Shown: piece after piece, positions 7,945 through 18,125 of the stretch
How positions within the stretch are numbered: the stretch's first letter is position 1
Layout: every line of letters begins with the position of its first letter
Source of the DNA: a bacterium HR35
Lineage (GTDB): Bacteria > Patescibacteriota > Minisyncoccia > UBA6257 > HR35
NCBI GenBank assembly: GCA_002898235.1
Contig: BEIL01000002.1
Coordinates: 51,264 to 115,263, forward strand
Length of the DNA stretch: 64,000 nucleotides
Direction: 5' to 3'
Made by a program: the position numbers and the translations under genes
The notes under the pieces: generated by a model
Told to the model about the DNA's origin: nothing
Database searches by the model: none
Seen by the model: only the letters and a program-made list of their open reading frames with translations

Positions 7945-10900
7945 ATGAGACAAAAACAAAAAATTTCTTTTATTAAAAGGTTTTTTACCAAAGAAAATGT
8001 TCATCCCTACGACGAAGTAAATTGGATAAAAACTACAGCTGAAATTCCTGGTTCTGGTTTTAGAATGGAAGATGTAGAATTTCCTGATTTTTACAGCCAA
8101 AATGCAATTAATATCATTGCTTCTAAATATTTCAAAGTAAATAAAGGCAAACAAGAAAAAAGCTTAAAAGAACTTATTGATCGGGTTGTCAAAACCTCTA
8201 AAAAATGGGGATTAGAACAAGGATATTTTGATGAAAAAGAGGCAGAAATTTTTGAAGCAGAATTAACTTATATTTTACTTCATCAATATGCTGCTTTTAA
8301 TTCTCCTGTTTGGTTTAATTTTGGAGTTGAAGGAAGACCTCAAACTGGTGCTGCATGTTTTATCTTAGATGTTGAAGATAGTATGGAGTCAATTTTGGAT
8401 TGGATTAAAACCGAAGGAATGATTTTTAAAGGAGGTTCTGGTTCAGGAGTTAATTTATCAAAACTAAGAGCAAAAGGAGAACCACTTTCAACTGGTGGAG
8501 TTTCTTCAGGGGTTATTTCTTTTATGAAAGCAGCCGATGCTGTTGCTGGAAGTATAAAATCTGGAGGCACGACGAGGAGAGCGGCAAAAATGGTTGTTTT
8601 GAATGCTGACCATCCTGAAATTATGGATTATATTCGAGTTAAAGCTGAAGAAGAAAATAAAGTTAGAGCTTTGATGGAAGCAGGTTATGATATGACTGAT
8701 TTAAACAATCCTTTGTGGCAAAATATTTTCTTTCAAAATGCAAATAATTCAGTAAGAATTCCTGATGCTTTAATGGAGGCAGCAATGAAAGATGGTGAAT
8801 GGAAAACTTATTATCGCACCTCAGGTAAAGTAGCCCAAGTTTATAAAGCTAAAGATATTTTATGGGAAATTGCTAAAGCTGCTTGGGAATGTGGTGATCC
8901 AGGAGTTCAATTCGATGACACTATCCAAAAATGGCATACTTGTAAAAATTCAGGAAGAATTGAAGCAACTAATCCATGTGTTCCAGGTGATACCTTAATT
9001 GCAACAAATGAAGGTTGGAAAAGAATAAAAGATTTAGTTGGCAAAAATCCAATTATTATTACTCAGAAAATAGAAACGCGGACTACATACGGACTATACA
9101 CGGACTATACACGGACAGAACACAGACAACACACGGACAAAAAGGACAAAATAAATATGTCCGATAAATCTATGTCTAGTCCAAAAAAATCCATTAATAA
9201 GTCCGAACAGTCCGTGTTAAGTCCGATAGAGTCTGTTGAAAATCAGGTTGTTGAGAAAAGAGCTTTAAGAGTTTTTAAAACAGGAATCAAGCCAGTTTAT
9301 AAAATAATAACTCGTTCTGGTTATGAATTAAGAGCAACAGAGGACCACCCAATTTATATTGAAGGCAAAGGAGATGTTAAAGTTAAAGACCTTAAACCAG
9401 GAGATAAAGTAAGATTAATCGGTGCCGGCTTTGGTAATAAATCTTTAGATTCAGATATTGCTTTTATGATTGGTTATTTTGCTGGCGATGGAGCTATAAG
9501 TTATGATTACAACCATCAAAGATTTAGTATTTTCTTTACTGGAGGCAATGAAGATATTTATGCTTTAAATTACATCAAAAGCACAATAAATGAAAAACTT
9601 CAATCTAAACACAAAGCTCAAACTAATTTAAGAAGATTAATCTCAGAGTTTGTTGTTGCTACAAGTAGAGAAAATGTTGCTGAAATTTTAAATCAATATT
9701 TTGATTTTCAAAGAAAAATATTTAAAGATTCAGTTTTCGATTTAGACAAAGAATCAATCAAAAATATTCTTAAGGGATTATTTACTGCTGATGGAACAAT
9801 TACTGGTAATCCTCAAAAAGGATTTTATGTTGGTTTAGATAGTTCTTCTTTAGAGCTTTTAAAACAAGTACAGCTTTTGCTTTTAAATTTTGGCATTAAG
9901 TCAAAAATTTATAAAAATAGAAGAAGCAAATTAGAACAATACTTACCTGATTCTCAAAGAAAATTAAAACTTTATCAGGTAAAACAACAACATAGTTTAA
10001 GAATAACAAGAAGTTCAAGAGTAATTTTTGAAAAAGAAATTGGTTTTTATGAATTGCATCAAAAGCAAGAAAAATTAGAAAATATTAATCAAAAATATGA
10101 AGCTTATAAAGACCATCTTTATGATGAAATTAAAGAAATAGTTTTTGATGGCATTGAAGAAGTTTATGATTTAACTGAGCCAGAAACATCTCATTTTGTT
10201 GCTAATGGTATTTTAGTTCACAATTGTGCTGAATATATATTTCTTAACTGGACAAGCTGCAATCTTAGTTCAATTAATCTCTTAAAGTTTCTTAAAGATG
10301 ATAGTAAATTTGATGTTCCTGCATTTCTTCATACTGTTAGAGTAATGTTTTTAGCTCAAGATATTATGGTTTCTAAAGCTGATTATCCTCATCCAAAAAT
10401 TGCTGAAGAAACTAAAAAATACCGAACAATCGGCTTGGGTTATACAAATTTAGGTGCTTTGATTATGGCATTAGGCCTTCCTTATGATTCTGATGAAGCT
10501 CGAGATTTAGCTGCCAGCATTACAGCTTTAATGACAGGCGAAGCTTACAAACTTTCAACTGAAATTTCAGCCAAACTTGGTCCATTTCCTGAATATGAAA
10601 AAAATAAAGAACCAATGCTTGAAGTAATGGAGCTTCATCGTAAAGCATTAAAAAATGTTAATGAAAATGATTTTAATAAAGAGATTTTAAATAAAGCTAA
10701 AGAAGTATGGGATGAAGTAATTGAGCAAGGTAAAAAATATGGTTTTCGTAATGCTCAAGCAACAGTTATCGCGCCTACTGGGACAATAAGTTTTATGATG
10801 GATGCTGATACTACTGGAGTTGAACCTGATTTTGCTTTAGTTAAAATGAAACAACTTGTCGGCGGTGGTTATATGAAAATTGTAAATAAAACAGTTCCTC

Positions 10901-11841
10901 TTGCTTTAAGAAGGCTTGGTTATAGCGAAAAGGAAATCGAAGATATTGTTAAACACTTAGAAGAAACCCAAAATATTGAAACAGCTCCGCATCTTAAACC
11001 AGAACATTTACCTGTTTTTGATTGTGCTATTAAACCACCTGGAGGAAAAAGATATATTCATTGGTTAGGACATGTAAAGATGGTTGCTGCTATTCAACCC
11101 TTCATAAGTGGTGGAATTTCAAAAACCTTCAATATGCCTAATGAAACAACAATTCAAGAAATTTATGATGCTTACTTTACTGCTTGGAAATTAGGAATTA
11201 AATGTTTTTCTGTTTATCGTGATGGTTCAAAAGCAACTCAAGCTTTATATACTGAAAAGAAGGAAAAGAAACCTCAAGAAAAACTTGGTAGAAGAAGGTT
11301 ACCTGATATTAGGCCATCTGAAACTCATAAATTCTCAGTTGGTGGTCATGAGGGTTATCTAACTTATAGCACTTTTGAAGATGGCAGTCTTGGAGAAATC
11401 TTCATCCGAATGGCAAAGCAGGGCAGTACTTTAGCAGGCCTTTTAGATGCTTTTGCAATTGCAGTTTCAATTGCTCTTCAATATGGAGTGCCCTTAAAAG
11501 AACTTGCTAGTAAATTCATTAATATGAGATTTGAACCATTGGGCTTAACTAATAATGAAAAAATAAAAACAGCTACCTCAATAGTGGATTACATATTTAA
11601 ATATTTAGCTTACCGTTTTCTTTCTAAAGATGAATTAGAAGAATTGGGTCTTTTGACTGAAGTTGATAAAGAAAAACTAGTTTTAAAAGAACATCCAACG
11701 CTATTTGAAATAAAAAATAATCCAAACAATAATTTAGCTGAAATTTCAGGCCCCCCATGTGTTCATTGTGGAGGAATAACAATTAAAACTGGTGCTTGTT
11801 ATACTTGTATAAGTTGCGGAGAAACTACAAGTTGTGGCTAA
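7945..11841 (+). CDS. nrdJ: Class II (B12-dependent) ribonucleotide reductase, intein-containing
   Basis: FNSPVWFN, AACFI, TRRAAKM, QNANNSV, TNP/CAE split by intein, SCNLSS, IAPTGTIS, GGISKT; C-terminal TSCPD-like domain and Zn ribbon. Confidence 0.96.
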   Translation: MRQKQKISFIKRFFTKENVHPYDEVNWIKTTAEIPGSGFRMEDVEFPDFYSQNAINIIASKYFKVNKGKQEKSLKELIDRVVKTSKKWGLEQGYFDEKEAEIFEAELTYILLHQYAAFNSPVWFNFGVEGRPQTGAACFILDVEDSMESILDWIKTEGMIFKGGSGSGVNLSKLRAKGEPLSTGGVSSGVISFMKAADAVAGSIKSGGTTRRAAKMVVLNADHPEIMDYIRVKAEEENKVRALMEAGYDMTDLNNPLWQNIFFQNANNSVRIPDALMEAAMKDGEWKTYYRTSGKVAQVYKAKDILWEIAKAAWECGDPGVQFDDTIQKWHTCKNSGRIEATNPCVPGDTLIATNEGWKRIKDLVGKNPIIITQKIETRTTYGLYTDYTRTEHRQHTDKKDKINMSDKSMSSPKKSINKSEQSVLSPIESVENQVVEKRALRVFKTGIKPVYKIITRSGYELRATEDHPIYIEGKGDVKVKDLKPGDKVRLIGAGFGNKSLDSDIAFMIGYFAGDGAISYDYNHQRFSIFFTGGNEDIYALNYIKSTINEKLQSKHKAQTNLRRLISEFVVATSRENVAEILNQYFDFQRKIFKDSVFDLDKESIKNILKGLFTADGTITGNPQKGFYVGLDSSSLELLKQVQLLLLNFGIKSKIYKNRRSKLEQYLPDSQRKLKLYQVKQQHSLRITRSSRVIFEKEIGFYELHQKQEKLENINQKYEAYKDHLYDEIKEIVFDGIEEVYDLTEPETSHFVANGILVHNCAEYIFLNWTSCNLSSINLLKFLKDDSKFDVPAFLHTVRVMFLAQDIMVSKADYPHPKIAEETKKYRTIGLGYTNLGALIMALGLPYDSDEARDLAASITALMTGEAYKLSTEISAKLGPFPEYEKNKEPMLEVMELHRKALKNVNENDFNKEILNKAKEVWDEVIEQGKKYGFRNAQATVIAPTGTISFMMDADTTGVEPDFALVKMKQLVGGGYMKIVNKTVPLALRRLGYSEKEIEDIVKHLEETQNIETAPHLKPEHLPVFDCAIKPPGGKRYIHWLGHVKMVAAIQPFISGGISKTFNMPNETTIQEIYDAYFTAWKLGIKCFSVYRDGSKATQALYTEKKEKKPQEKLGRRRLPDIRPSETHKFSVGGHEGYLTYSTFEDGSLGEIFIRMAKQGSTLAGLLDAFAIAVSIALQYGVPLKELASKFINMRFEPLGLTNNEKIKTATSIVDYIFKYLAYRFLSKDELEELGLLTEVDKEKLVLKEHPTLFEIKNNPNNNLAEISGPPCVHCGGITIKTGACYTCISCGETTSCG
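8977..10224 (+). mobile_element. Intein (416 aa) with LAGLIDADG homing endonuclease
   Basis: Starts CVPGDTLI, block B LRATEDHPI, endonuclease motifs MIGYFAGDG and LKGLFTADG, ends VYDL..HFVANGILVHN followed by extein Cys. Confidence 0.96.
9076..9237. repeat. In-frame tandem/inverted repeat element inside the intein
   Basis: About seven GGAC/AGAC-cored ~11-bp units (ggactatacac) at 9076-9147, then degenerate inverted GTCC/GTCT units (e.g. gtccgtgttaa) at 9159-9237. Confidence 0.85.
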
Positions 11842-11873
11842 AAAAATCTAAAAGTATTTTGTAAAATTGAATT

Positions 11874-13905
11874 ATGCCAAAAAGTAATGAACCCGTTAGA
11901 TTTGATGATTTTGAGAAACGTCTTAGAGAGAAAGAAAAGGAACATTTAGATTTAATCCATCTTCTTAATGATTTGAATTGGTTAAAAAACTCTTAGCTCT
12001 TTTTGAAGTTTTGTTTATTCATATAAAATCTAATTTGGATAAAATCAAAATTAGCGAAGACGACTATTTATTAAATTTAGAAAACTTTGAGAATTTAGTA
12101 GCACCTAATGTAGGAGAAGAAAATATCGGTATGATTTTAAATATTCTTAGAGAAAAAGGGGGACTACCGGCAAATATTAATGAAATAAAATGGAAAGAAT
12201 TTTTAGAATATCTCGAAAAAGCTTTTGAAAATTTATTTAATTCTATTAAAGGATTTTATGCCGACGAAGAATTAAAAAATAAAGTATTAGAAACTCTTAA
12301 CGAACTTATGTCTCAAATTGATTTATATTTAGAATGTCTCCCCGAACTTTTGCCATTTGATCAGATTTTAATTAAAGATCATTCATCTCCAATTATCAGA
12401 AATATTAGAGAAAAATATAGAGAATTTTTAAAAAGGATTAAGAAAGAAGCAGAAGATATTAAAGATATGTTTGAAGATGAGGTTTTTGGGTATTTGAGAG
12501 AAAGAATAGATGAATTTCAGGAAAGAATAAATACCAAAGTTAAATCTGGTTTTAATAATTCATTAGAAGATATAGATAAAATTATTAAACTTTCTGAAAG
12601 GCTAATAGATAACATCAAATCAAACCCTGAAATAATAGAAAAATTTATTAATGTTTTTTATAGTAGAATATGCGTCATCTATTTCGAATTATTCTATTAT
12701 AGAATTCAAGTTGGTAATATTACTAGAGATCTATCTAAGTTATCTAGAGAAGTTGATACTAGAAGATTAAAAAAGAAAGAGAAAGCCCAAAATTTATTTG
12801 ATAGTTTGAAAAAAAGTTTTGAAATAGTTTTAAAAAAAATAGAGGAAATCAAAAAGAAAATTAATTCCTTAATTTCTGAAATCAATCGGTTAGAAAATTT
12901 ATCAGTAGAAGTTCCTAAATATGAAAAAAGTCTAAAAGAATTTTTATTAAAAAATTTTGAAGATTTAATAAAATCATTAGATAATGTTCTAGATGAAATT
13001 CAAAATTTATTTAAAGTGATAGAATCAATAAAAGAGAGTATATCTTCAAAATAAGAAATAAAAAATGAAATTTGAAAAATTCGGGAAATTTTTAAAACAA
13101 TGAAAAGAAGCCCAGAAAGAAGAAAAAATATAAGAAGACAAATTGAACAAAGAACAAATATACCAGAAGATTATAAAGTGATAATTGAGCAAATTGAAAA
13201 ATTAATTAAAGATTTAAAAGAGTCAGTTGAAAGTTTATTAATAACCTGCCAAACACTAGTTGAAAGTTTACAATATCTTATAGGTCTGCTTAATAGAATC
13301 ATCACTCGTCAAGCCCGTGAGGGAAATATAATATACAAAGGAGGAAGTTTAAATCCAGAAATATTTCGAGATGACTTAGAAGGAGGAGAAAATTTAGAAA
13401 GCTATTTGAATGAAGTTTTTGGAATAGAAGGAGGCAGAAATATTACTTTAGAAGATATAAAAAAGCGAATTGAGGAATTATTAGGGATAGAGGAAAAAGT
13501 AGATGAAATTATAAAATTAATAAATGAATTAGAAGAAAAGAAACAATATTTTCAAAGTTTAGATAAACCACAAAAAAGCCACTGCAACCAAGATTAAATG
13601 TAGTGCAAAGAGAAATAAATAGAATCAAATCTGATAGAGAATTATTACAATTACCTCGGACTTTTAGAGACCTTGAATCAAAAATAAAGTCTTCTAAGTT
13701 AAAGCCAACATTTGATAATTTTTCTAAGCTAGTGTCAGGATTAAATAATCATCCAAATCTTTCGTCTTACAGAGATTTTTTTGTTCAGCTTGAAGGAGAA
13801 ATAAGAGGATGGTTAGAAAACATAAGAGGATTTATAGAAAATATCTCTCGTAAAATTAATGATTTAATTCAAAATTTAGAAGAAAACTCATCTAATCTCT
13901 TTTAG
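11874..13905 (+). pseudogene. Fragmented large coiled-coil hypothetical gene (~677 aa); covers ORFs 11978-13054, 13100-13597 and 13603-13905
   Basis: ATG 11874; one A missing in run 11984-11989; in-frame stops TAA 13052 and TGA 13073 between same-frame ORFs; one A missing in run 13572-13577. Confidence 0.7.
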
Positions 13906-13934
13906 TAATTTAATTCCTTTAATCTTTCTAATTC

Positions 13935-14342
13935 TTAATGTAATCGTTCTAGAAGCTTCTTTTTTAAGGTAGATAAAGCTTCTTCAAATTCCTCCTGACC
14001 AGGAAGTTGTGCTGGCTTATTTTCAAATTGTCCTAATTTTTCTAGAAATCCATTTCTTCCTCTATTAAGTGTTTCTTCAGAAAAATAGGCAGATAATATT
14101 GCTTTTGTTTGTTCGTCTAGGGAGCCTGCAATTTCATTAAAAATTGTATTAAAGTCTTTTATAGGCATTTCGCCCATCATGCCAAAGGCGGAAAGGTAAC
14201 CTTGCTTTCTTATCCCATCCATAACAGTATCAATAAAAGCAATTAATTGTTTTTTTACTTTTTCTAATTCTTCATCTAATTTTTTTTGTTCTACTCGACC
14301 CCCTTCTTCTCGTTTTAAAAACTTTGTCATCTTTTCGTTCAA
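13935..14342 (-). CDS. Hypothetical protein
   Basis: 135-aa helical ORF downstream of the recombinase; no recognised motif. Confidence 0.6.
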   Translation of the reverse strand: MNEKMTKFLKREEGGRVEQKKLDEELEKVKKQLIAFIDTVMDGIRKQGYLSAFGMMGEMPIKDFNTIFNEIAGSLDEQTKAILSAYFSEETLNRGRNGFLEKLGQFENKPAQLPGQEEFEEALSTLKKKLLERLH

Positions 14343-14374
14343 TTATTAATTATCGCCCCTTATGTTTAAAATAA

Positions 14375-15271
14375 TTATAAAATATTTTTCCTCCTTTTGC
14401 CATGGAAGGCGCGGTGAATTTCTTTAAGTTCTTTATTGGTTAAATGAGTATAAATTTGGGTTGTTTGTAAATTTTTATGGCCTAATAATAGTTGAATAGC
14501 TCTTAAATCAGCTCCAGCCATCAATAAATCAGTTGCAAATTGATGCCTTAGGGTATGAGGAGTTATTTTTTTTAAGATTCCTGATTTTTTTGCATAATAC
14601 TTAATTATTTTTTGAACTCCCCGAGGAGTTATTCTAGTAAATTTTTTGTTTTTGCTTAAATTAATAAAAAGAGCTGGATTATTATCAGTTCTTTTCTCTA
14701 AATATTTTTTTAAATAAAGTTTAGCTAAGGGTGATAAAAAAACAATTCTTATTTTTCCGCCTTTTCCTTTGACTGGTATTTCTCCCTTTTTTAAATCAAT
14801 ATCTCTGTTTAAACTACAAATTTCAGAAACCCTAAGTCCAGTACTAAATAAAGTTTCTAATAAAGCTCGGTCTCTTAAAGATTTTAAATCTTCACCTTCA
14901 GCTGATTTTAAAAATCTATCTAATTCTTCATCGGTTAGAATATTAATTTCTCTTTCAGGAATTTTAGGTAATTCAATTTTTTCTGGATCAAGAACTTCAT
15001 AGCCTTTTTTCTTTAAAAATCTTAAAAAACTTCTTAAAGTAATTAAATAATAACTTTGGGTTTTGATTGAGATGTTTTTTTTGTCAAGATAAAAACGGAA
15101 TTTAAAAATACTTTCTTCATCTAAAGAAGTAAAATTGTTAGTTTTTAACCAGTCAATAATTTTTTTTAATCGTGAAAGATAAACCTTAATTGTTCCTTGG
15201 CTTTTATTTTTTTCCAATCTTAAATAGGCTTCGAAACGAGGTAAAAACGACTCTATTTGTTTTAAATCCAT
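14375..15271 (-). CDS. XerC/XerD-family tyrosine recombinase
   Basis: N-terminal SAM-like domain, TGLRVSE, GKGGKIR, HTLRHQFAT, LLGHKNLQTTQIYT. Confidence 0.93.
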   Translation of the reverse strand: MDLKQIESFLPRFEAYLRLEKNKSQGTIKVYLSRLKKIIDWLKTNNFTSLDEESIFKFRFYLDKKNISIKTQSYYLITLRSFLRFLKKKGYEVLDPEKIELPKIPEREINILTDEELDRFLKSAEGEDLKSLRDRALLETLFSTGLRVSEICSLNRDIDLKKGEIPVKGKGGKIRIVFLSPLAKLYLKKYLEKRTDNNPALFINLSKNKKFTRITPRGVQKIIKYYAKKSGILKKITPHTLRHQFATDLLMAGADLRAIQLLLGHKNLQTTQIYTHLTNKELKEIHRAFHGKRRKNIL

Positions 15272-15295
15272 TTTATGTTAAAATAATTATAAACT

Positions 15296-15559
15296 ATGCC
15301 AATTACAAAAGAAAAAATTAGAGAAATTATTAAAAAATATGGGAAGAATGAAAATGATTCCGGTTCTCCTGAAGTTCAAATTGCTTTATTGACAGAAGAA
15401 ATCCTAAATTTAGCTGAACATTTGAAAAAACATAAAAAAGATAAAAATTCTAAGAGAGGATTGATTTTAAAAATTGCTCATCGAAAAAAACTTCTAAAAT
15501 ATTTACAAAAAGTTTCTTTTGAAAGATATAAGAAAATTACTAAAGAATTAGGATTATGA
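15296..15559 (+). CDS. rpsO: 30S ribosomal protein S15
   Basis: [21 protein letters not shown]. Confidence 0.97.
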   Translation: MPITKEKIREIIKKYGKNENDSGSPEVQIALLTEEILNLAEHLKKHKKDKNSKRGLILKIAHRKKLLKYLQKVSFERYKKITKELGL

Positions 15560-16062
15560 ACTTTTTCGCTACTCCAGATCAAAGGGTTAATATTTTTATC
15601 GATACTCAAAATATCTATCATTCAGCTAAAAATCTTTATAATAAAAAGGTTGATTTTGGTAAATTAGTTTCTCTTTTAGTTGGACCAAGAAAACTAATTA
15701 AAGCTTTTGCTTATGTGATTAAATCAGATTTTACTCCTAAAGAAATTGATTTTTTTGAAGCTTTAATTAATCAAGGAATCCAACTGAGAATTAAGGAACT
15801 CCAAGTTTATCCTGATGGTAGCAAGAAGGCTGATTGGGATGTCGGTATAGCTGTTGATGTTATTCGCTTTAGTCAGTTGGTTGATGTTGTTATTTTAGTT
15901 ACTGGCGATGGTGATTTTTCTCATCTTGTTGAATATTTACAAAATCAAGGTAAACAAGTTGAAATTGCTGGTTTTTCTCAGACAACTTCAGTAAAATTAA
16001 AAGAATTAGCTGATTTTTATTATGACCTTAATGAATTGAGAAATATAATCTTAATATCATGA
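15556..16062 (+). CDS. NYN domain (LabA/DUF88) PIN-like nuclease
   Basis: [23 protein letters not shown]. Confidence 0.9.
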   Translation: MNFFATPDQRVNIFIDTQNIYHSAKNLYNKKVDFGKLVSLLVGPRKLIKAFAYVIKSDFTPKEIDFFEALINQGIQLRIKELQVYPDGSKKADWDVGIAVDVIRFSQLVDVVILVTGDGDFSHLVEYLQNQGKQVEIAGFSQTTSVKLKELADFYYDLNELRNIILIS

Positions 16063-18125
16063 AAAAGAATTTTGTTTATCAAAGTCCGAAATATAATTAT
16101 GAAATTGAATTTGAAATTAATGATTGGGCAGAAAGATCTTTTTTATCTTTATTGACTAAATTTAAAGATACAAGAATTTTGACTATTTTAAATTTCGGTT
16201 CAGAAATTCCTGATTTAGAATTTTTACCCTTAACAGTTGATTATGAAGAAAAATTTTATGCTGTTGGTAAAATTTATGGCAGTCGATTTATTAGGCGTGA
16301 AGGAAAACCGTCAATTAACGCTATTTTAAATGCAAGACTTATTGATAGAGCCATTCGCCCTCTTTTTCCTCCTATTTTTAGAAAACAACTCCATTTAGTT
16401 AATATTGTCTTATCTTATGATTTTAGTTTAGATCCTGGAGTTTTGGCTCTTTTAGGCTCTTCTTTAGCCCTTCATTTAGCTGGTATCCCCCTTATTTCAC
16501 CAATCGGTGCTATTAAAGTCATTTATAAAGATGGTGAATTTTTCTTTAATCAAAATTTAGATGATTTTCAAATGGAACTTCTTTTTTCAGCAACTTCAAA
16601 TAAAGTTAATATGATTGAACTCGAGGGTAAGGAAATAAAAGAAGAAATAGTTTTAGAAGGATTGAAATTGGGTTTTGAGGAAATTAAAAATTTTGTTAGT
16701 TTTGTAAAATCAATCGAACCCCTATTTAAAGACCAAATTAAAATCGAAGAAGATTTATTTAATCAAGGAGAAGCAGCTTTAAATAAGTTTTTAGAAGAAA
16801 ATAAATTTGATTTAGAAAAGAAACTTTTTAGTTTTGAAGAAGGGGATAGGCCATGGCAAGAAGTTTTTGAATTAGTTAATCAAGAAGAAAAATTTGGTGA
16901 GCTTAAACCTTATGTAATTAATGCTTTAAATAGGAGATTTAAAAAAATATTTCAAGAAAAAATTTTAAAAGATGGAATTAGGCCAGATGGCAGAAAGCTG
17001 GATGAAATTAGATCTTTGAAAATGGAAATTGGAATTTTGCCTCGAGTTCATGGTTCGGCTTTATTTATGAGAGGTTTAACTCATATTCTTTCAACTGTCA
17101 CTTTAGCTGCTCCTGGAGAAGAACTTTGGTTAAGAGATATTGAATATGAAGGTTTTAAAAGATTTATTCATCATTATAATTTTCCTCCTTTTTCTACCGG
17201 CGAATTAGGTAGCTCTAAAGGACCTTCAAGAAGAGAGATCGGTCATGGTGAATTAGCTGAAAAGGCTTTAAGAAATTTAATTCCTCCTCAAGAAGAATTT
17301 CCTTATACTATTAGAGTTGTTTCTGAGGTTTTATCTTCAAATGGTTCAACTTCAATGGGTTCTGTTTGTGGCTCTTCTTTGGCTTTAATGGATGCCGGTG
17401 TGCCCCTTAAAAAACATATAGCCGGAATTAGTATCGGTATGGTTTATCAAGATGATGACAATTATAAACTTTTGACTGATATTCAAGGACCAGAAGATTT
17501 TTTTGGAGCTATGGATTTTAAAGTAGCTGGAACCGATCTAGGAATTACTGCTATTCAACTTGATGTTAAAATTGAGGGTTTAACTTTAAAACAAATAGAA
17601 GAAACTTTTGAAAAGGCTAAACAAGCCAGAATTTTTCTTTTAGAAAAAATGTCATCTTTGATTGAAAAACCAAAATCTTTAAGCATTTATGCTCCTCAAA
17701 TAGAAGTTTTGAAAATTGATCCTTTAAAAATAGGTTTAGTTATAGGAACAGGTGGTAGAACAATTAATGAAATTATTGCAGCTACTAATGTTAAGATTGA
17801 TATTCATCCCGATGGCCTTCTTTATATTATTGGCGATAAAAATTCTAATTTTGAATTAGCTAAGAATTGGATTAAAAGTATTGCTGAAGCTTTTAATGTT
17901 GGAGATTTAGTTAAAGGAAAGGTTACTAAAATTTTGCCTTTTGGAGCAATTTTAGAATTAGCACCCAATAGAACAGCTTTGCTTCATATTTCCGAAATAA
18001 CTAACAAAAAAATAGAAAACATTGAAGAAGAAATAAAGATAGGCGATGAACTTTTAGTGATGATAAAGAATATTAGCGAAGACGGAAAAATTTATGTTTC
18101 TTTAAAAGATGTCCGAGGAAAGTAA
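16059..18125 (+). CDS. pnp: Polyribonucleotide nucleotidyltransferase
   Basis: FLPLTVDYEEK, RREIGHG, SNGSTSMGS, DFKVAGT, KH and S1 domains. Confidence 0.97.
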   Translation: MKKNFVYQSPKYNYEIEFEINDWAERSFLSLLTKFKDTRILTILNFGSEIPDLEFLPLTVDYEEKFYAVGKIYGSRFIRREGKPSINAILNARLIDRAIRPLFPPIFRKQLHLVNIVLSYDFSLDPGVLALLGSSLALHLAGIPLISPIGAIKVIYKDGEFFFNQNLDDFQMELLFSATSNKVNMIELEGKEIKEEIVLEGLKLGFEEIKNFVSFVKSIEPLFKDQIKIEEDLFNQGEAALNKFLEENKFDLEKKLFSFEEGDRPWQEVFELVNQEEKFGELKPYVINALNRRFKKIFQEKILKDGIRPDGRKLDEIRSLKMEIGILPRVHGSALFMRGLTHILSTVTLAAPGEELWLRDIEYEGFKRFIHHYNFPPFSTGELGSSKGPSRREIGHGELAEKALRNLIPPQEEFPYTIRVVSEVLSSNGSTSMGSVCGSSLALMDAGVPLKKHIAGISIGMVYQDDDNYKLLTDIQGPEDFFGAMDFKVAGTDLGITAIQLDVKIEGLTLKQIEETFEKAKQARIFLLEKMSSLIEKPKSLSIYAPQIEVLKIDPLKIGLVIGTGGRTINEIIAATNVKIDIHPDGLLYIIGDKNSNFELAKNWIKSIAEAFNVGDLVKGKVTKILPFGAILELAPNRTALLHISEITNKKIENIEEEIKIGDELLVMIKNISEDGKIYVSLKDVRGK

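Noticed and set aside
7773-8570. Short ORFs 7773-7976, 7939-8154 and 8340-8570
   Set aside because: Shadow frames overlapping the O-ligase gene and nrdJ, with no motifs
9076-9237. Repeat array as a CRISPR array
   Set aside because: Units are only ~11 bp, have no unique spacers, switch orientation and lie inside a CDS; no cas genes in the window
11984-11990. A AAA AAC as a programmed frameshift in the coiled-coil gene
   Set aside because: The same gene has two nonsense codons and a second frameshift, so decay is the simpler explanation
14375-15271. Tyrosine recombinase as a prophage or island integrase
   Set aside because: XerC/D size and motifs, adjacent to rpsO, with no phage genes or att repeats seen
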